Assembly (NCBI RefSeq): GCF_038025025.1 | Contig: NW_027117338.1 | Coordinates: forward strand, 1,488,001 to 1,552,000 | Length of the DNA: 64,000 nucleotides | Direction: 5' to 3' | Source: Phyllosticta citribraziliensis | Lineage: Eukaryota | Shown: piece by piece, positions 60,724 through 64,000 of the stretch | How the letters are laid out: each line of letters starts with the position of its first letter | How positions within the stretch are numbered: position 1 is the stretch's first letter | Translations under genes and position numbers: made by a program | Notes under the pieces: generated by a model | The model's database searches: none | What the model saw: the letters and a program-made list of their open reading frames with translations, nothing else | Told to the model about the DNA's origin: nothing

Positions 60724-60880
60724 CGGTCGCAAAAGTCGTGGTGTGGTGCACAGAATCCCAAGGCTCAATACATTGGGGCTCGAATGCTCCCCGATCCTAG
60801 TCCCTTAGGGGCTTGATTACTCCTTGACTGACCCCTCGCCACCTTTGTTGTGTGCCACGTCTTTTACGACCGAGCCTTGG
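60724..60880 (+). mobile_element. Class I TIR element with two units
   Basis: cggtcgcaaaagtcgtgg ... tgtgccacgtcttttacgaccgagccttgg; gaatgctcc at 60782 and gattactcc at 60815 (33 apart). Confidence 0.78.
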
Positions 60881-61024
60881 ACGTTCGAGTTGCCCAGTCG
60901 TGTTGTACATGTGCTTTCTGCGGCAACTCCAGCGCCACGATTGCCGCCATGATGTCGCGTAGCTAGGTAGTCTCGGGTATTTGGTCGTGCTCAATAATAA
61001 TTTGGTGGTGAGCTCGCGCTGAGC

Positions 61025-62621
61025 TCAAGGGCGCAAAAGAGCCTGGATATCGACGCGTTGGTAAAATGAGACGTGGCCGAAGGGCTCCCAGTACTGAGCC
61101 AGCCGGTCGTGCGAGATCATGATGAGTTGCGAGGTGATGAATTCATCTAGTCTTGTTGTCAGCACGCACTCCTCTCGCATCAAAGGCAAACCAATCGGTA
61201 GGGCTGTAGACGGTTGGTGAGCGAGCTGACTTACCGTCTCTGAAGCCCCGCGCAGCAATGTGGCCAACACTGCGCACGACGCGCGCACCGCGAAAGATCT
61301 TCTCGTCGGCGACGCGGATAAAGCCTTCCGGACCAATGTCTGGGGCGATGAAGGTGTACTCGCCGCGCGGGATGTTGGGGTCGCCGGTGAGCTTGACGGC
61401 CTCGACGCGGCCCGAGTAGACTGAGGAGTCGCCATCGTCTTTGACCCCCGTCACGCTGTCCTGGCGCTGGCTCTGCGCGCCGTTCGTGGATGACGCAGTC
61501 GGGGGCCATGAGCTGGTAGACTGCGTCTGGGGAGGCAAGTTGCTGTTTTCCGTGACGGAAGCCAAGTGGCTCTGGGAGCTGGCGAAACTGTCGGTGGAGC
61601 TGACGCTAGGGTTTCGACGGGCGTTGGCAATGGCTCTTTGAGCGCCCGTAGGGAGGGGAGCGGGGTTGTCTGGCTGCATGACGACGAGAAATTCGCAGCC
61701 ATGGCCGGCGTAGTCGCCGCACCAGATGCCTCGCCACGGCTTTTGCGGCGTCGGAGTGTAGACCTCCTCGTCCAAGGTTGCAAATGTCGTCACTTCTTCT
61801 CCCACACGCGTAATGTTGCCTCCAACGTGCGGATGCTGGTGGAACTCCATCCATTTGCGCAGGCGCCATGTCGTCTCACTGATTTCGGACAATTGCAACG
61901 GCTTGAGTCCAGTGCTTCGGAAACGATTGATACTCTCGTTGCGCGTACGCTCGCGGGCAGGGATCGAGGGTGGCGGCCACAGTTTGATTTCGGCAACATC
62001 GTACTTTGGAATGTACGGACGGGAGAGCATGAACATGGAGTTCAGCCCATGGCTCGCTTGACTGGTGTGGACGTTCATCAGGAATTCCTTCTGAAGGCGG
62101 GTGCTGGCAGGGTCGCCATGTGCGTTGGAATAGGCATGGCTATCAAGCTTGATGACCGGGCCGGTCGTGTCGAGACGGACGCGGGGAGCGAAGGTGTGGA
62201 TGATGACTTCGGGATTCCATTCCCATAGCTCGAATGTGTTTTGGCCACGCTCTGCCGTCACAGCATAGCCCTCAATGGCATTATTCTCGTGGTTGTAGCG
62301 GGTGAGCAGCAGCTTGCCCACGTGGGTAGAGTCGGAGAACCAGAGCTTGCGGCGGCACACGAACCAGAAAGGAAAGTGAGTGGTGTAGAGTTGTCGCCAG
62401 CTCGAGGGCGGATGTTGCTGTATGTCGGTGGATGGGGTGTTTTCTTCGACAAACGGTTTCCAAAGGAGATCTTCTCTAGCATGATTACGCAGCAAGCGGC
62501 ATGTCTCGGACGCTCTGGCCAAGTCGACAGGAGACAAGAAGCTGAAAATGTTTTGGATGATTTCGTTTGGAGCTCGGAGCAAAGGAGGAGCTGTATCGTC
62601 TGGAGTAGCGACAACGTCCAT
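61025..62621 (-). CDS. F-box protein with FBXO31-like (cyclin D1-binding/DUF3506-type) C-terminal domain
   Basis: N-terminal F-box LLRAPNEIIQNIFSFLSPVDLARASETCR; WRGIWCGDYAGHGCEFL, EAVKLTGDPNIPRGEYTF; final exon after an intron near 61234-61148. Confidence 0.85.
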
Positions 62622-64000
62622 GGTGATGTCGGAATGCGATTGGCAGAGGTGCGTGAGGTGTACAGGCGGCCCAGGAAGGGCCAGCGGGAGGAGGGGCCGA
62701 CTCGATGGTTTTGTGTGAAGTAGTTACCCTTTTTGGGACGTGCCCAAGAGAGCAAGTGACGAGACAGACCAAAGTAGTACAAGGTCCAACGGCGAGGCGA
62801 TGGCTGGTAGAGGCTTGATGGAGTGGCGCGGCCGACTATATGTTTGGCGATCCGTTTTGGGAGTAGAAGCGGGCGGTCAAGGCTCTTTGGCTAAGCAAAA
62901 CGCTGCCGAAGCATTCATGCAGTATGCAAATGTCTATGGGCGTCTTTTGATGGGCGCACAAACGAACAGATAACGGCCGATCCGATTGGAGGCGGAAAAG
63001 TGTAACCAAGTCGCCAGGTGAGTAGCTATTCAAAAGGGCCGTATTCGGTCGCAGGCGGCTTGTTCATAGAGTGGAGAGCGAAGGTGGGCGGAGATGGCTA
63101 GGACAAGCAGCAGAGGTAGTAGTCGCAATGTCGTCCGGTGATGAGGTGGAGGGCCACGTGAAGGCGATTAGCGGTTAAGGTAGGGTGACGGACGGGAGGC
63201 TGGGATGTGGTGTCTTGGTGATGATGACATGAGGACGACGGGATGAAACTGGCGGCTTGGCCTCCTGCAACCAACTGAATGTGCCCTAGCCACACCACGG
63301 CCACAGGGAACCGAAGTCGATTGCACGTGGGTTAGACATTTTGATTTGGTTCTTTACCAAACAGTTGCATGTGTGTCTGTCGGTACTCCTGGATTCAATC
63401 GTCTGAGTCGAGTTTGGTTGGACAACAGGCGAGTGGCTGACGGGAATTGCGGGTTGCATGTAGCCAACCAGCCGGCGCCTGGGCCAACTATTGCTTGTGT
63501 CCGTTCTACTACAAAGAAGAATATTGCTCAACTGTGTGTGTCGGGAAATCCAGGATAATTTATATTGTGCCGCGATGATTTCATAGGCAAGGGAGCATGA
63601 CGAATATGCAACGAGACGGTGGCCATGGACCCTGTCAGCAGGGCAAGCGGCTGCATGACGTAGACATGGTGCTAGCAAACAGGATTCGATGCGTGGCTCT
63701 AGAAGGCGGACGAAGCTGCTCTGGACGTCGACACGCACTGCGTCTGTAGACATGAGATCAAGATGAGGAGGAGTGTGGGGAGGGTGTTCGCTGGCAGCGG
63801 AGGTACAGGTACAGGTAGCCAGGGAAGCCCCTGCCCACTGTTTATTGCGTCTCGCGCGAGCGCGTACCCTGCGCGCGTCAACACCACGGCTGCGACAGCG
63901 ATAGAAAAGAAATGGAAACAAATGAGTCGCAAACATCGGCAGCCAACCGATGGCGTCGCGTTGGGCAGGCTTCAGCCGAGTTTCGCAGTGGGACAATGGC

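Overview
Gene-dense, intron-containing fungal DNA (filamentous ascomycete style: GT-AG introns of mostly 45-90 nt with CTRAC/CTAAC branch sites). It carries about 19 intact protein genes, mostly housekeeping (CAC2, GH31 alpha-glucosidase, AA9 LPMO, CET1, RPN2, DUR3-like, TFA2, MLP1/TPR, PMP3-like, MAK31-like, MTC4-like, RRN9-like, SRS2-like, F-box), plus two intron-containing tRNA-Trp(CCA) genes. Two things are not explained by ordinary annotation. (1) A dispersed family of short arrays of a ~33-bp unit with a conserved GAATGCTCC core occurs about 11 times in 64 kb, in introns and intergenic gaps. It is packaged inside two unrelated classes of terminal inverted repeat: class I ...CAAAAGTCGTGGCACAC and class II CACAGTG...GAAAGAAAT. 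(2) A small family of Ssy5-like trypsin-fold proteins with a degenerate catalytic triad: two intact tail-to-tail copies, one pseudogene ending next to a tRNA gene, and one possible relic. All calls come from reading the sequence; no database searches were run.
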